NCBI GenBank assembly: GCA_001791995.1
Contig: MGFR01000001.1
Span: forward strand, 78,880 to 142,879
Reading direction: 5' to 3'
Origin: Candidatus Woesebacteria bacterium RBG_13_46_13
GTDB lineage: Bacteria; Patescibacteriota; Microgenomatia; UBA8517
DNA: 64,000 nt
Positions 1 to 9,765 of the stretch are shown here, in pieces. How positions within the stretch are numbered: position 1 is the stretch's first letter; every line of letters begins with the position of its first letter. Below the pieces are notes generated by a model. It was not told where the DNA came from and searched no databases. It saw only the letters and a list, made by a program, of their open reading frames with translations. A program made the translations under genes and the position numbers.

Positions 1-273
1 TCCCCTATCCGTGGCCGCCTTGACATCAATATTGTCAAAGCCCACGGCATAGTTTGAAACCATCTTTAGCTGCGGCCCAGCCGCATCCATCAGGTCGCCG
101 TCGATCCTGTCGGTAAGAAGTGAAAGAATAACATCAACCCCGGCAACGCTCTTGACCAACTCCTCCCCGGTTAAGGGGCGATTAAACTCCGAAATAACAA
201 CTTCATGACCGTCTTTGGTAAGCTTTTCGAGATGGTCTCCCGGAATTTTTCGGGTGACGAATATTTTTGCCAT
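1..273 (-). CDS. D-isomer specific 2-hydroxyacid dehydrogenase family protein, N-terminal part (C-terminus lies outside the window)
   Basis: The reverse-strand translation from the ATG at 273 reads MAKIFVTRKIPGDHLEKLTKDGHEVV...NYAVGFDNIDVKAA, which matches the N-terminus of glycerate/phosphoglycerate dehydrogenase-like proteins. The ORF runs off the window edge. Confidence 0.6.
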   Translation of the reverse strand, partial: MAKIFVTRKIPGDHLEKLTKDGHEVVISEFNRPLTGEELVKSVAGVDVILSLLTDRIDGDLMDAAGPQLKMVSNYAVGFDNIDVKAATDRG

Positions 274-275
274 TT

Positions 276-1271
276 TTAAATTTTGACTACTCCCATACCG
301 CTTGAGCGGGCCCTTTCAATCCATTCGGGCATCTCCTCGGCCCTTAGGAGCCCCTTTTGAGCCCCCGTATAGCCAATGACCGAAGCGGAGTTGATTGTTC
401 CCCAGGTTAAAGCCTCTTCAAAGCTCTTCCCTTTAATAATAGCCGAAAGAGTCCCCGAACCAAAAGCATCACCCGCACCGGTGCGTTCATAGGCATCAAC
501 GGGGAAAACCCCGGCTTTTAAGAAAGTCTGTCCGTCTCCGATATAAGATCCGTTATTCCCGTCGGTAATAACCGCGATCTTGGGTCCCAGCTTACCCACC
601 GCCGTGAGAAGTTCTTTTTCCTTTCCGTGGGAATCCGGCATGTTGGCCAGCTTTTCCGCCTCTTCCCGGTTGACAAACAAGACGTGGGTCAGGCCCAAAA
701 CATCACCTATCCCCTCCAGCCCGACCCGCAGTTGCCAGGTACCGGGATTGAAAGCGAGTTTGGTGTTGGGGTTTTTCTTTAACCAATCAACAATGTGGTT
801 ATAAAAAGGCCTGAAGCTCTCTCCCATCGAGGTTAGGTAGACCCAAGGGGCAGCCGGGAGCTGGACCGGAAATTCGTAGCTTCTGGGGGCGTGGTAGGTA
901 AAAATTGTCCTTTCCCCGCCGTAGGTGACTATTGTCGAAAAATTAGAAGCGGTAGAAGGTTGCTGAATTACATAAGTTAAATCCACACTCTCTGCTTTTA
1001 ATCTTTCGACAAGTTGATTACCCACACTATCATCCCCCAAGGTCAAAACCAATCCGGTTTTTACCCCCAATCGGGTTGTGCCGACCGAATTATTGGCGGC
1101 GTTCCCTCCTATCGAAAATTCCAAATTCTTAACCGGAATCTTTTCCCCGTAGGAAAAAGCTATGAAGCACTCCTTTGTATCAACTCTACAGAATTCTTCG
1201 GATTCGGTTGGGGCAATAAATACATCCAAGGACGCATCCCCTATGGATAAAAGATCGAATTGTTCATTCAT
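276..1271 (-). CDS. PfkB family carbohydrate kinase (ribokinase-like)
   Basis: 331 aa ORF with the GGNAANN di-glycine motif and the C-terminal GAGDAF motif typical of the ribokinase/PfkB family. Confidence 0.8.
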   Translation of the reverse strand: MNEQFDLLSIGDASLDVFIAPTESEEFCRVDTKECFIAFSYGEKIPVKNLEFSIGGNAANNSVGTTRLGVKTGLVLTLGDDSVGNQLVERLKAESVDLTYVIQQPSTASNFSTIVTYGGERTIFTYHAPRSYEFPVQLPAAPWVYLTSMGESFRPFYNHIVDWLKKNPNTKLAFNPGTWQLRVGLEGIGDVLGLTHVLFVNREEAEKLANMPDSHGKEKELLTAVGKLGPKIAVITDGNNGSYIGDGQTFLKAGVFPVDAYERTGAGDAFGSGTLSAIIKGKSFEEALTWGTINSASVIGYTGAQKGLLRAEEMPEWIERARSSGMGVVKI

Positions 1272-2265
1272 ATTTCCCCTGTCTTGCCAAAGAAACGGAC
1301 TTGGCCCGCCTGTAGAAAGCTGCCTGGGCAGTACCTATATCTTCGTCTTTTCCCTGCCAAACATCCAGGGCTTCAGCCTGCAGAGCCCTGGCAAATGAGA
1401 ACGACAGTTCCCAGGGAGCATCTTTTTTGAGTTTGTTTATTTCATTAAGATTGGCTGTTGCCTCTTCTGGACTTTGCCCCCCCGAAAGGAAAACTATACC
1501 GGGAACTTCTTGGGGCACGGATTTCAGAACCGTTCTTAAGGTGGCCTGGGCAACCTCCAGAGGCGCGGCCTTAACCCCGCTGTCCTTCCCAGGTAAAACC
1601 ATGTTGGTTTTTAAAAGAAGTCCCTTGAGGTTAACCTGTTTCTCTTTAAGCGCTGTAAAAAGAGCAGTCAGGATATCGACCGTAACCTCGCCGCAGCGGG
1701 TAGTCGTATGATTCCCCTCAAGCAAAACTTCCGGCTCAACAATGGGAACAAGGCCTTCTTCTTGAGAGACCTTTGCATACTCCGTCATTCTCTGAACATT
1801 TTGAGAAACTGCTTCTTTTGAGGGATAAATATCGTTAATTACAAACGGAGCCCGCCATTTTGTAAATTTAAACCCCGCGGCCGCATACTTTTTCAGTCTA
1901 TCCGCCAAGCCCTCCAGTCCCTTGGCCAGCTCCTCTGTCACGTTTAAGGCTTCTCTCCCCTCATCAACCTTTATCCCCGGAGCAATTCCCCGTTTTATCA
2001 AGTATTCGGGGAAGGAAACTCCATCGTCTGTTTTTTGCCAGGCTGTCTCGTCGAAAAGGATAATCCCGCTTAAGAACTCCTCAATGCCGGCTGTGGTAAA
2101 AAGCATCTGGCGGTATTTGCGGTTAAGCTCCGGGGTGGAAGTTAAACCCACGGTCTCAAATCTTTTGGTTATCGTTCCCGTAGACTCATCGGCAGCCAGT
2201 AGGCCTTTAGTTGGGGCTACCAATTGGGAAGCAACACTCTCGAGCAGGCCTTTATCCATATGCAA
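1264..2265 (-). CDS. fba: fructose-bisphosphate aldolase, class I
   Basis: 333 aa with the N-terminal LLAADESTGT signature of class I aldolases. It sits in the glycolytic operon. Confidence 0.9.
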   Translation of the reverse strand: MHMDKGLLESVASQLVAPTKGLLAADESTGTITKRFETVGLTSTPELNRKYRQMLFTTAGIEEFLSGIILFDETAWQKTDDGVSFPEYLIKRGIAPGIKVDEGREALNVTEELAKGLEGLADRLKKYAAAGFKFTKWRAPFVINDIYPSKEAVSQNVQRMTEYAKVSQEEGLVPIVEPEVLLEGNHTTTRCGEVTVDILTALFTALKEKQVNLKGLLLKTNMVLPGKDSGVKAAPLEVAQATLRTVLKSVPQEVPGIVFLSGGQSPEEATANLNEINKLKKDAPWELSFSFARALQAEALDVWQGKDEDIGTAQAAFYRRAKSVSLARQGKYE

Positions 2266-2294
2266 AAATCAATTTATCATTTTTAGGTATAATA

Positions 2295-3950
2295 ATGCCA
2301 GTGAGGAAACATCTTTTAGCCATCATTCTGATTTCCCTCTTCTCCCTCTTGGGGCTTAAAGCCCTCCTTGCCCCGGGTCTTTACACCGCCCACGATATCT
2401 GGCACCAAGTGGCCAGGCTTTACCATTACCAGAGAGCGGTTTCGGAAGGGGTGTTCCCGCCTTATTGGATAAGCACTCTGGCCGGAGGCTTTGGCTATCC
2501 CCTCTTTGTCTTCTCCTACCACTTTCCCTGGCTGTTAGCCCTTCCCATCCTCAAAATCGGTTTTGATATTCCGGCAACGATTAAGATTCTCTTTTTTATA
2601 AGCCACATCGCCTCCGGATTTGCCATGTATGTTCTTTCCCTGAGGGTCTTTAAAAGCAGATGGGCGGGGCTGACCTCGGCAATCCTGTACCTCTGGGCTC
2701 CTTTTAGATTCCTCACAATCATTGTTGCTGCAGCGATGGGTGTTGCCTTTGTCTTTACTTTTATTCCTATTCTTTGTTTAGGAATTCTACTCGCCGCCGA
2801 TGAGAAAAAGGCCAGGTGGGCGGTTATCTTAATTGCCCTAGGCACGGCTGGGATAATACTTTCCCATTTTTCGAGCGTGCTTGCCGTAATCCCAACGGCT
2901 GCAATTTTTTCTCTAGCAATATTCTTTACGGCAAAAGATAGAAAAGCATTCGTCCTAAATTCCTTAAGAGGATTGTTGCTGGGACTAGGGCTTTCGTCTT
3001 TTTACGTTTTGCCGGCGATCTATTATTCCAAGTTAGGAATAGGCTTCGGCAACAATTACCTAAGGTACTTTGTAAACTTATCCCAGCTTGTATATTCGAA
3101 GTGGGGTTACGGGCCGATAATCAATAGCGCCAAAGACGGAGAAATGTCGTTTCAGGTTGGAGTAGCGCATTGGATATCAATTGCCTTATCCTCCGTCTTA
3201 CTTATATTTTCGAAAAGGGGAAAAACTCAAAGACATATCCCGCTATCCCTTCTCATAGCTTTTGCTTTTTCATTGTTTATGATGCTCGACTATTCCTTAC
3301 CAGTTTGGGAAACCATAACTCACTTCGTTCCTGTTGACTTCCCTTTCAGGTTCATGTTGCCTGCAGTATTTGTAGCATCTCTCCTGGCAGGATTTGTAAT
3401 GATTTCGGTCGGAAAACTTATCAAGCCTATTCTGTTTATTTTCTTGATAGTCGTGGCCTTATTTACCAACAGAAATCACATCAGGGTGAATCTTTATACC
3501 GACTATCAGGTTGAAGATTACGTTGCTGCTGAATTTACGACTAGCTCGATGAATGAATATTTACCGCTTTGGGTTGATACCCACCTATTCTCAAGAAAGT
3601 CGACTTCGCCCCTGGAGCCCGAAAATATCCCTGTCAAGGATATCGAAAGGGCTACCCAAAAGCTTTCCTTTGAGGCCATCTTCCCCAAAGAGATGTCCGT
3701 CTCCGTTAACCATCTTGCATATCCAGGAATTATCCTCCGGGTTGACGGAAACCCAACAAATTATTCGAGGGATGTCTACGGTCGGGTGAGCTTTTCTGCC
3801 AGTAAAGGAAAGCACAATATCGCCGTTACCTTCGAAGAAACAAAAATGATCAAAATAGCGAAACTGGTTAGCCTGGGAAGCTTGATTGTTCTATTGGGAC
3901 TGATTTTTACTCCGCCTTTTTTGTCAAAACTCTCTTTACGGCCTCGATAA
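2295..3950 (+). CDS. polytopic integral membrane protein, possible GT-C type glycosyltransferase
   Basis: Long ORF with more than 10 predicted hydrophobic helices. The start is placed at the internal ATG at 2295 to avoid overlap with fba. The function call is tentative. Confidence 0.6.
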   Translation: MPVRKHLLAIILISLFSLLGLKALLAPGLYTAHDIWHQVARLYHYQRAVSEGVFPPYWISTLAGGFGYPLFVFSYHFPWLLALPILKIGFDIPATIKILFFISHIASGFAMYVLSLRVFKSRWAGLTSAILYLWAPFRFLTIIVAAAMGVAFVFTFIPILCLGILLAADEKKARWAVILIALGTAGIILSHFSSVLAVIPTAAIFSLAIFFTAKDRKAFVLNSLRGLLLGLGLSSFYVLPAIYYSKLGIGFGNNYLRYFVNLSQLVYSKWGYGPIINSAKDGEMSFQVGVAHWISIALSSVLLIFSKRGKTQRHIPLSLLIAFAFSLFMMLDYSLPVWETITHFVPVDFPFRFMLPAVFVASLLAGFVMISVGKLIKPILFIFLIVVALFTNRNHIRVNLYTDYQVEDYVAAEFTTSSMNEYLPLWVDTHLFSRKSTSPLEPENIPVKDIERATQKLSFEAIFPKEMSVSVNHLAYPGIILRVDGNPTNYSRDVYGRVSFSASKGKHNIAVTFEETKMIKIAKLVSLGSLIVLLGLIFTPPFLSKLSLRPR

Positions 3951-4902
3951 TATCTTTGGCCTTCATCCCGTATTTTGCCAGAAGCTCATCCGGCGCTCCC
4001 GATTCACCAAAACAATCAGGCATCCCCACAATTTCCATCGGTACCGGAAAGTTCTTGGCCAAAACTTCCGCTACAGCCCCTCCTAGTCCTCCCGTTACCT
4101 GATGCTCCTCGACGGTTACCACGGCACCGGTTATTTTTGCGGCGTGGATTATCGCCCTGGTATCCAGCGGTTTAACTGTATGGGAATTAATAACCAGAAC
4201 TTCGATTCCTTTCTTATCCAGCTCTTTGGCGGCTAGCATGGCCTCATAAACCAAAGGACCACAAGCGATGATGGCTGCCTGGGGACTTTTGCTCTCCCAA
4301 AAGACCTCGGCCCTGCCAATCTTAAAAGGCGTTTTCTCCGAGGTAAAAACCGGAGACTTTTCCCGGGCGAAGCGGATATAGACCGGGTGTTGGGTTTTGG
4401 CTGCCTCAACGGTGGCTTTTTTGGCTTCGATTAAATCGCAGGGGGCAATTACCGTCATGTTGGGCATCGCCCGCATCAGGGCTATATCCTCAAGCATCTG
4501 GTGGGTGGCCCCATCGGGACCGACGGAAACACCGGCGTGGGCCCCGGCAATTATTACGGGTAAATCGTTTAAGGCGATTGTTGTTCGGATCTGTTCCCAA
4601 TTTCGGCCCGGGGAAAATGCGGCGTAGGAGGAGATAAAGGGAATTTTGCCGTAATTGGCCATACCCGCGGCAATGGTTGCCAGGGCTTGCTCCGCAACAC
4701 CGACTTCGATAAATCTCTCGGGAAAGCGTTCTTTAAAAAGAATCGAGCGGGTTGATTCGGTTAAATCCGCACACAAAACAACGACGTTTGCGTTTTTCTC
4801 CCCTGCGACAACCAGTCCTTCACCGTAACCCTGGCGGGTGGCAACTTTTTCAATATCTTTCTGAAATATCTTTTTGGACAGTCTGGCTTTTGTATTTAAC
4901 AT
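3907..4902 (-). CDS. transketolase, C-terminal subunit (split transketolase)
   Basis: 331 aa resembling the transketolase pyrimidine-binding and C-terminal domains (VGVAEQ..., GPDGATHQ). Confidence 0.88.
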   Translation of the reverse strand: MLNTKARLSKKIFQKDIEKVATRQGYGEGLVVAGEKNANVVVLCADLTESTRSILFKERFPERFIEVGVAEQALATIAAGMANYGKIPFISSYAAFSPGRNWEQIRTTIALNDLPVIIAGAHAGVSVGPDGATHQMLEDIALMRAMPNMTVIAPCDLIEAKKATVEAAKTQHPVYIRFAREKSPVFTSEKTPFKIGRAEVFWESKSPQAAIIACGPLVYEAMLAAKELDKKGIEVLVINSHTVKPLDTRAIIHAAKITGAVVTVEEHQVTGGLGGAVAEVLAKNFPVPMEIVGMPDCFGESGAPDELLAKYGMKAKDIIEAVKRVLTKKAE

Positions 4903-4914
4903 CGACTAACCCCT

Positions 4915-5136
4915 TCATAATCTCGACGTGCAATTGAGAAACTTTTGACCCTCGCTGCAGCCTCCCTCACCACAGGTCAAACCATATTGGTAGTTGGCTT
5001 TACACAAAATAGTTTTTTTGCATTGAACTTCGTCTTTGGTCAAACAGGAGGCGTTGGCTCCACCAATTCCCCCCAAAAACAATACTCCCAGCACCGCGAG
5101 GATGATTACAAAGGCAATTATGATCAGTTTGGTCAT
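4915..5136 (-). CDS. small secreted cysteine-rich protein (signal peptide plus a roughly 45 aa mature peptide with 6 Cys)
   Basis: 73 aa ORF. The N-terminus is a hydrophobic signal or anchor (MTKLIIIAFVIILAVLGVLFLGGIGGANA). The mature part is SCLTKDEVQCKKTILCKANYQYGLTCGEGGCSEGQKFLNCTSRL. It lies between the two transketolase halves. Confidence 0.5.
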   Translation of the reverse strand: MTKLIIIAFVIILAVLGVLFLGGIGGANASCLTKDEVQCKKTILCKANYQYGLTCGEGGCSEGQKFLNCTSRL

Positions 5137-5139
5137 ATT

Positions 5140-5976
5140 TTATTCGGCTTTGGCACCCTTTCTTAGCTCCTCCAGCGCAATCTTGGCTTCCTCGGGGTTC
5201 GGAGGCTTGCCGTGCCATTCGAATTTATTTTCCATAAAGCTCACTCCCTTGCCGGGGATGGTATGGGCAATTATTACGGTTGGATTCTCATAAACCGCCC
5301 GTGCTTCGTTCACCGCGTCGATAATCTCCTGGATATTGTGTCCGTCAATCTCGATGACGTGCCAATTGAAGGCTTTGTATTTTTCCACCAAGGGCTCAAG
5401 AGGCATGACATCCTCGGTAAAGCCGTCGATTTGGATATTGTTCCTGTCGACAATGGCTGTAAGATTCGCAAGGTTATATTTTCCAGCAAAGGCAACCGCT
5501 TCCCAGTGGTTTCCTTCCTGGTGTTCGCCGTCGCTGGTTACGCAATAGACTCTGAAGCGGCCTCCGTCCATTCTGGCCGCGTAAGCATAACCCGCGGCTT
5601 GGGCCAGCCCCGAACCCAAAGGGCCGGAAGTTGTTTCCATTCCGGGCAATCTGAGTCTTTCCGGATGACCCTGAAGCCTGCTGCCTAGCCTTCTTAAGGT
5701 CTTAAGCTCCGCAACCGGGAAATAACCCGCCTCGGCCATGGCGGCATAGCGGACCGGACAGATGTGACCGTTAGAAAGAATCAATCTGTCGCGTTCCGGC
5801 CAAAAAGGCTTGTGGGGGTCGTGATTGAGGATGGCAAAGTAGAAAGCGGCGAAGATGTCCGCCATACCCAATGGTCCTGCGGAATGACCCGACCCCGCCG
5901 CCAGAAGCATCTTAATGATGTCTTTACGGATTTCGTTGGCTTTTTTCTCTATTTGGGCAATGGACAGGTTGGCCAT
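5140..5976 (-). CDS. transketolase, N-terminal subunit (TPP-binding)
   Basis: 278 aa with a GDG...N TPP-binding region (SDGEHQEGNHWEA) and a HxxxxH-type motif typical of the transketolase N-terminal domain. Confidence 0.88.
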   Translation of the reverse strand: MANLSIAQIEKKANEIRKDIIKMLLAAGSGHSAGPLGMADIFAAFYFAILNHDPHKPFWPERDRLILSNGHICPVRYAAMAEAGYFPVAELKTLRRLGSRLQGHPERLRLPGMETTSGPLGSGLAQAAGYAYAARMDGGRFRVYCVTSDGEHQEGNHWEAVAFAGKYNLANLTAIVDRNNIQIDGFTEDVMPLEPLVEKYKAFNWHVIEIDGHNIQEIIDAVNEARAVYENPTVIIAHTIPGKGVSFMENKFEWHGKPPNPEEAKIALEELRKGAKAE

Positions 5977-5982
5977 AAATCA

Positions 5983-6603
5983 TTAGGTCTGGAAAGCCTT
6001 TTCTTCCTTGTGGGCGTTATTCTTTTCCTTAAGAATCCCTTCGAACATGTTCAGGGCCCGGTAGGCCTCCTCGGGAGAGTTGACTACCTTAAAAACCTTC
6101 AACTCCTCCGGTCTGATTCTCATATTTTTTACAAAAGTATCGATGATGTTGTTCCAAAATTCACCGTATAAGACCAGCGGTTTGTGGTGACCGAAATAAA
6201 GCCTCGCCAAGCCCCAGCTCATGCCGAATTCGGAAATAGTCCCGGTACCGCCGCGAAAAACCACATAGGCATCTCCCAAATCCAAAAGTTTCAATGTCCT
6301 TTCCAAATAGTTTTTGGTTTTGATTTCGATATCAAAAGGATTATTGGTATCCCGGCCTTCAAAATTGGTGATGTCCTTCGGATAAAAAGTGACCCCGATG
6401 GCCGTTCCCCCCGCCGCCTTGGCCCCTTCGGAGACCGCCCTCATTGTTCCCGGCCCGCCGCCGTTGATGGCCACAAAACCCTTTGCGGTTAGGTGTTTGG
6501 ACACCTCGAAAGCCTCTTTGTATAAAGGGTCATTCGGTGCCGCATCCGCAAAACCGAAATAGGCCACCTGTTTTATCTTTCTTTTTGAAAAATCTTTATC
6601 CAT
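5983..6603 (-). CDS. LOG family protein (TIGR00730 Rossmann-fold nucleotide-binding, cytokinin riboside 5'-monophosphate phosphoribohydrolase-like)
   Basis: Carries the GGGPGTM and GGTGTISE motifs diagnostic of the LOG family. Confidence 0.8.
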   Translation of the reverse strand: MDKDFSKRKIKQVAYFGFADAAPNDPLYKEAFEVSKHLTAKGFVAINGGGPGTMRAVSEGAKAAGGTAIGVTFYPKDITNFEGRDTNNPFDIEIKTKNYLERTLKLLDLGDAYVVFRGGTGTISEFGMSWGLARLYFGHHKPLVLYGEFWNNIIDTFVKNMRIRPEELKVFKVVNSPEEAYRALNMFEGILKEKNNAHKEEKAFQT

Positions 6604-7222
6604 ATTTTTCTATGTTAACCGCGGGGTCTCCGTCGAATAACCTTTTGCCTACCGCAACTTCATCCGCCCCCGCCTCACTTATTTTGCCAACCAGCTCCGG
6701 GGTCACCCCTCCGTCGACGCAAATCTTAAAAGTTCCGCTACCCCTTGCCTCATTTAATTGTTTTATCTTAGAAATGGCCTTCTCGTCAAACGGCTGGCCT
6801 CCGAACCCGGCTTTAACCGACATTACCAGAACAACATCCAGACTTGCCAAAACCGCCTCATCGAGCGCAGAAACGGGTGTGGCCAGGTCAATCCCCAGCC
6901 CGACCGAGACTCCCAACTCTTGGGCCTTACCCAAAAATTCCATCTGGTTGGACATCATCTCAACCTGTCCGATAACTCTGCCCGCCCCACCCCGAACCGA
7001 TCTCTCAACCCAATCGCTTGGTTCTTTGGTCATCAAGTGAAAATCCAAATCGACCGTTGTCTCTATCCCCTCCATGGCGGAGGGGTCGATGGTCCTGTTT
7101 TGAGCAAAAACACCGTCAATAATGTCTATCTGAGCCCGCTTAACCAGTTCCTCAAGCCTATCCAGTTTTTCCTGGGCCTCACGAATATCGGCTGTTAAGA
7201 TGGTTGGAATTACTTCGACCAT
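6596..7222 (-). CDS. rpe: ribulose-phosphate 3-epimerase
   Basis: 208 aa with the characteristic MSVKAGFGGQ motif (consensus MxVxPGFGGQ) and a C-terminal GADxxVxG. Confidence 0.88.
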   Translation of the reverse strand: MVEVIPTILTADIREAQEKLDRLEELVKRAQIDIIDGVFAQNRTIDPSAMEGIETTVDLDFHLMTKEPSDWVERSVRGGAGRVIGQVEMMSNQMEFLGKAQELGVSVGLGIDLATPVSALDEAVLASLDVVLVMSVKAGFGGQPFDEKAISKIKQLNEARGSGTFKICVDGGVTPELVGKISEAGADEVAVGKRLFDGDPAVNIEKYG

Positions 7223-7689
7223 TTTTTGGCAAATTCTTTAAGGGCGGCCGTTTGTACATCCTCGATATGGGTTTCCGGTCGTTTTTCTTTAATCGAATTT
7301 AGCGCCTCCTCGACCGAAAAGCCTTTATATCTGACCAGATAGGCCGCGACCAAGGACGGACTTCTGCCGTGCCCGTTCTTACAATGAACATAGACTTTTT
7401 TACCCTGGGTTACGGCACTGTCTATCAGTTGCGAACCGATTTCCAACTGTAAGGGGGATGGGGCTACCCCGTCGACAACCGGCAGCCAGCTATAGACTTC
7501 GATTTCCTTGGGTGGAAGTTCGTTTTCCTCTTGGCTTAAGTTTAATTCCACCTCTACACCCAAGGTCTTAAACTGTTCCGCATGCAGAAGACAAACCCCG
7601 GCTTTACACAAATCGCTGCCTATAAAGACGTTCTCGGTAATCACCGAATAATCGAATTTATGTTCGTCTCCTCTTCCGGTTGGTTCCAT
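7210..7689 (-). CDS. dual-specificity or tyrosine protein phosphatase
   Basis: 159 aa with the CX5R active-site loop VHCKNGHGRS. Confidence 0.8.
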   Translation of the reverse strand: MEPTGRGDEHKFDYSVITENVFIGSDLCKAGVCLLHAEQFKTLGVEVELNLSQEENELPPKEIEVYSWLPVVDGVAPSPLQLEIGSQLIDSAVTQGKKVYVHCKNGHGRSPSLVAAYLVRYKGFSVEEALNSIKEKRPETHIEDVQTAALKEFAKKWSK

Positions 7690-8795
7690 TATTTATTCGG
7701 CGAAAAAGACAGGGTTATCGCATCCGAGGGTGCCACTCGTGAGCCGATGGTTTTGCCTACCCTGATGACTTGCTCTACCAGGCGATTGGCATAACCCCAT
7801 TCGTTGTCGTACCAGGCAAAGACCTTAATCAAATTTCCGGCAACCACCTGGGTCAGGGATAAATCAACAATGGCCGACTCGCTGGTTCCGATAATATCCG
7901 AGGATACCAGGGGTTTGTCGGTCACACCCAGAATTCCCTTATAGATGGGATTCTGGGAAGCCTCAATAAAAGCCTGGTTAACCTCCTCCACACTCACGTC
8001 GCGCTTTAATAGGACCGAAAAATCCGTAATCGAACCCGTTGCCACCGGAACCCTTAAGGCCCGGCCGTCAAAAAGCCCCCTTAACTCGGGGATTGTTTCG
8101 GTGGTGGAAATTGCCGCCCCCGTCGTTGTCGGGATAATATTTTCAGCGGCAGCCCTAGCCCTTCTTAGGTCCTTGTGCGAATTATCCTGAAGGTTCTGGT
8201 CGTCCGTATAGCCGTGGATGGTCGTCATGGCTGCCTTGGCTATCCCGAATTTTGCTTGAAGAACAGCCGCAACCGGGGCCACACAGTTGGTGGTGCAGGA
8301 GGAGTTGGACAGAACGTCGGTTTCTCCCTTGAAATCATTGACCCCGATAATATAAGTGCCCACATTGCCGCCTTTAACCGGCGCGGAAATGATAACCACC
8401 TTGGCCCCTCCGACGGAGTGTTTTTTGGCATCCTCGGCCGTGGTAAACCTACCGGTAGCCTCAATGACGACCTCCACCCCAAATTTACTCCAGGGAATCT
8501 TGGCCGGGTCTTTCTGCGCCAAAACTGGGATTTTCTTGCCGTTGACTATGAGGTTGCCGATTTGGGGATCCGCATCGGTTGTTGCCTCCGGGTCCTTGAC
8601 CTCCTCGCTTTTGACATCTACCCCGAAGCGTCGGTACATCGTGTCGTAGGTAACCAGATGGGCCCAGCCGGCAGTATCCATCGAGCCGGAAGTGTTAACT
8701 GCGGCAACTTCTATTTCATTGGTATGTTTCAGAAGAGCAATCCTGAAAGCAATTCTGCCGATGCGGCCGAATCCGTTTATTCCTACTTTGAGCAT
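7689..8795 (-). CDS. gap: glyceraldehyde-3-phosphate dehydrogenase
   Basis: An INGFGRIGR NAD-binding motif and the SCTTNC active-site motif. Confidence 0.93.
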   Translation of the reverse strand: MLKVGINGFGRIGRIAFRIALLKHTNEIEVAAVNTSGSMDTAGWAHLVTYDTMYRRFGVDVKSEEVKDPEATTDADPQIGNLIVNGKKIPVLAQKDPAKIPWSKFGVEVVIEATGRFTTAEDAKKHSVGGAKVVIISAPVKGGNVGTYIIGVNDFKGETDVLSNSSCTTNCVAPVAAVLQAKFGIAKAAMTTIHGYTDDQNLQDNSHKDLRRARAAAENIIPTTTGAAISTTETIPELRGLFDGRALRVPVATGSITDFSVLLKRDVSVEEVNQAFIEASQNPIYKGILGVTDKPLVSSDIIGTSESAIVDLSLTQVVAGNLIKVFAWYDNEWGYANRLVEQVIRVGKTIGSRVAPSDAITLSFSPNK

Positions 8796-8799
8796 TAGT

Positions 8800-9765
8800 T
8801 CATTCTAACAGCGCCTCTATCCCCGGTAAAGTTTTTTTCGCCAAAAATTCAAGCATGGCTCCCCCGCCGACCGATATCCAGTCAAATTTATTCTCGAGTT
8901 TGTACAAGGAAACCACTACGTGGCTATCTCCCCCTCCGGTCACCTTATAGGCATCTGACTCGGCAACTTTGGCAAAGACTCTTTGGGTTCCCTGGCGGTG
9001 GCCCTCATCCTCGTATTTACCCATTGGTCCGGCAATGACAATCGTTTTGGCCTTTTCGATTTCGCTTTCAAAGCGCTCGATGGAATTTATCGTAATATCC
9101 TCTTTATCCATCACCAGGTTGGCGGTTACAATTTTTTCGTTGGGTCCAAGGCTGCGAATGCTCTCCTCAAAACCCAGATATTCGGGCAGCCTGCCTCCGA
9201 CAAGAAGTTTATCCGCAACTTCGGCCAGGGGTTTGACCAGTTCGACCTTGTCTTTTTTTGAGCCGCCGAGGATGATTACCAAGGGTCTCTGGGGATTTTC
9301 CAAAACCTGGCCCAGTTTTTCCACCTCCTGGATAAATCTCAACCCCGCGGCGTGGGGTAACAGTTTCGGTAGGGCCACTATCGAAGCATGGCTTCTGTGG
9401 CTATCGGCAAAAGCCTCGTTGACAAAGAAATCGGCACCTTGGGCAAGCTTTTGGGCAAATGCAGTATTGTTTGCCTCCTCCCCGGGGTCAAAGCGCAAGT
9501 TTTCCAAAACCTCAAATTCTACTGCTCCTGCCAGTTTTCTTAGTCTCTCTTCAACCGGTCCTACTTTTAATTCCTCAACTGTCTTTCCCTCGGGACGACC
9601 GCGATGACCGATGAGGGTAATCTCCGCCCCTTTTTCGGATAACAGCTTGAGTGTCGGGACAAGAGCCTGCAACCGGTAATCCTCCCCGTCGGGAACATCA
9701 AGATCGACACGCAATAGCACCTTTTTAGCGCGAACCTCAAGATCTTGGACAGATGGAAGATTCAT
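8800..9765 (-). CDS. pgk: phosphoglycerate kinase (short form)
   Basis: 321 aa whose N-terminus matches the PGK layout (RVDLDVP, GHRGRPEG) and whose C-terminus has GGGDS. Confidence 0.85.
   Translation of the reverse strand: MNLPSVQDLEVRAKKVLLRVDLDVPDGEDYRLQALVPTLKLLSEKGAEITLIGHRGRPEGKTVEELKVGPVEERLRKLAGAVEFEVLENLRFDPGEEANNTAFAQKLAQGADFFVNEAFADSHRSHASIVALPKLLPHAAGLRFIQEVEKLGQVLENPQRPLVIILGGSKKDKVELVKPLAEVADKLLVGGRLPEYLGFEESIRSLGPNEKIVTANLVMDKEDITINSIERFESEIEKAKTIVIAGPMGKYEDEGHRQGTQRVFAKVAESDAYKVTGGGDSHVVVSLYKLENKFDWISVGGGAMLEFLAKKTLPGIEALLE

Noticed and set aside
5212-5688. 158 aa plus-strand ORF inside the transketolase N-terminal subunit gene
   Set aside because: It overlaps a high-confidence conserved gene on the opposite strand. 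It is a typical shadow ORF of a GC-moderate gene, and its translation is low-complexity or Arg/Gly/Val-rich.
8175-9607. Several 200+ aa ORFs antisense to gap and pgk (8175-8798, 8969-9607)
   Set aside because: They are antisense shadows of GAPDH and PGK. Their products show no domain-like pattern and have Ser/Pro/Leu-rich composition typical of frame artifacts.
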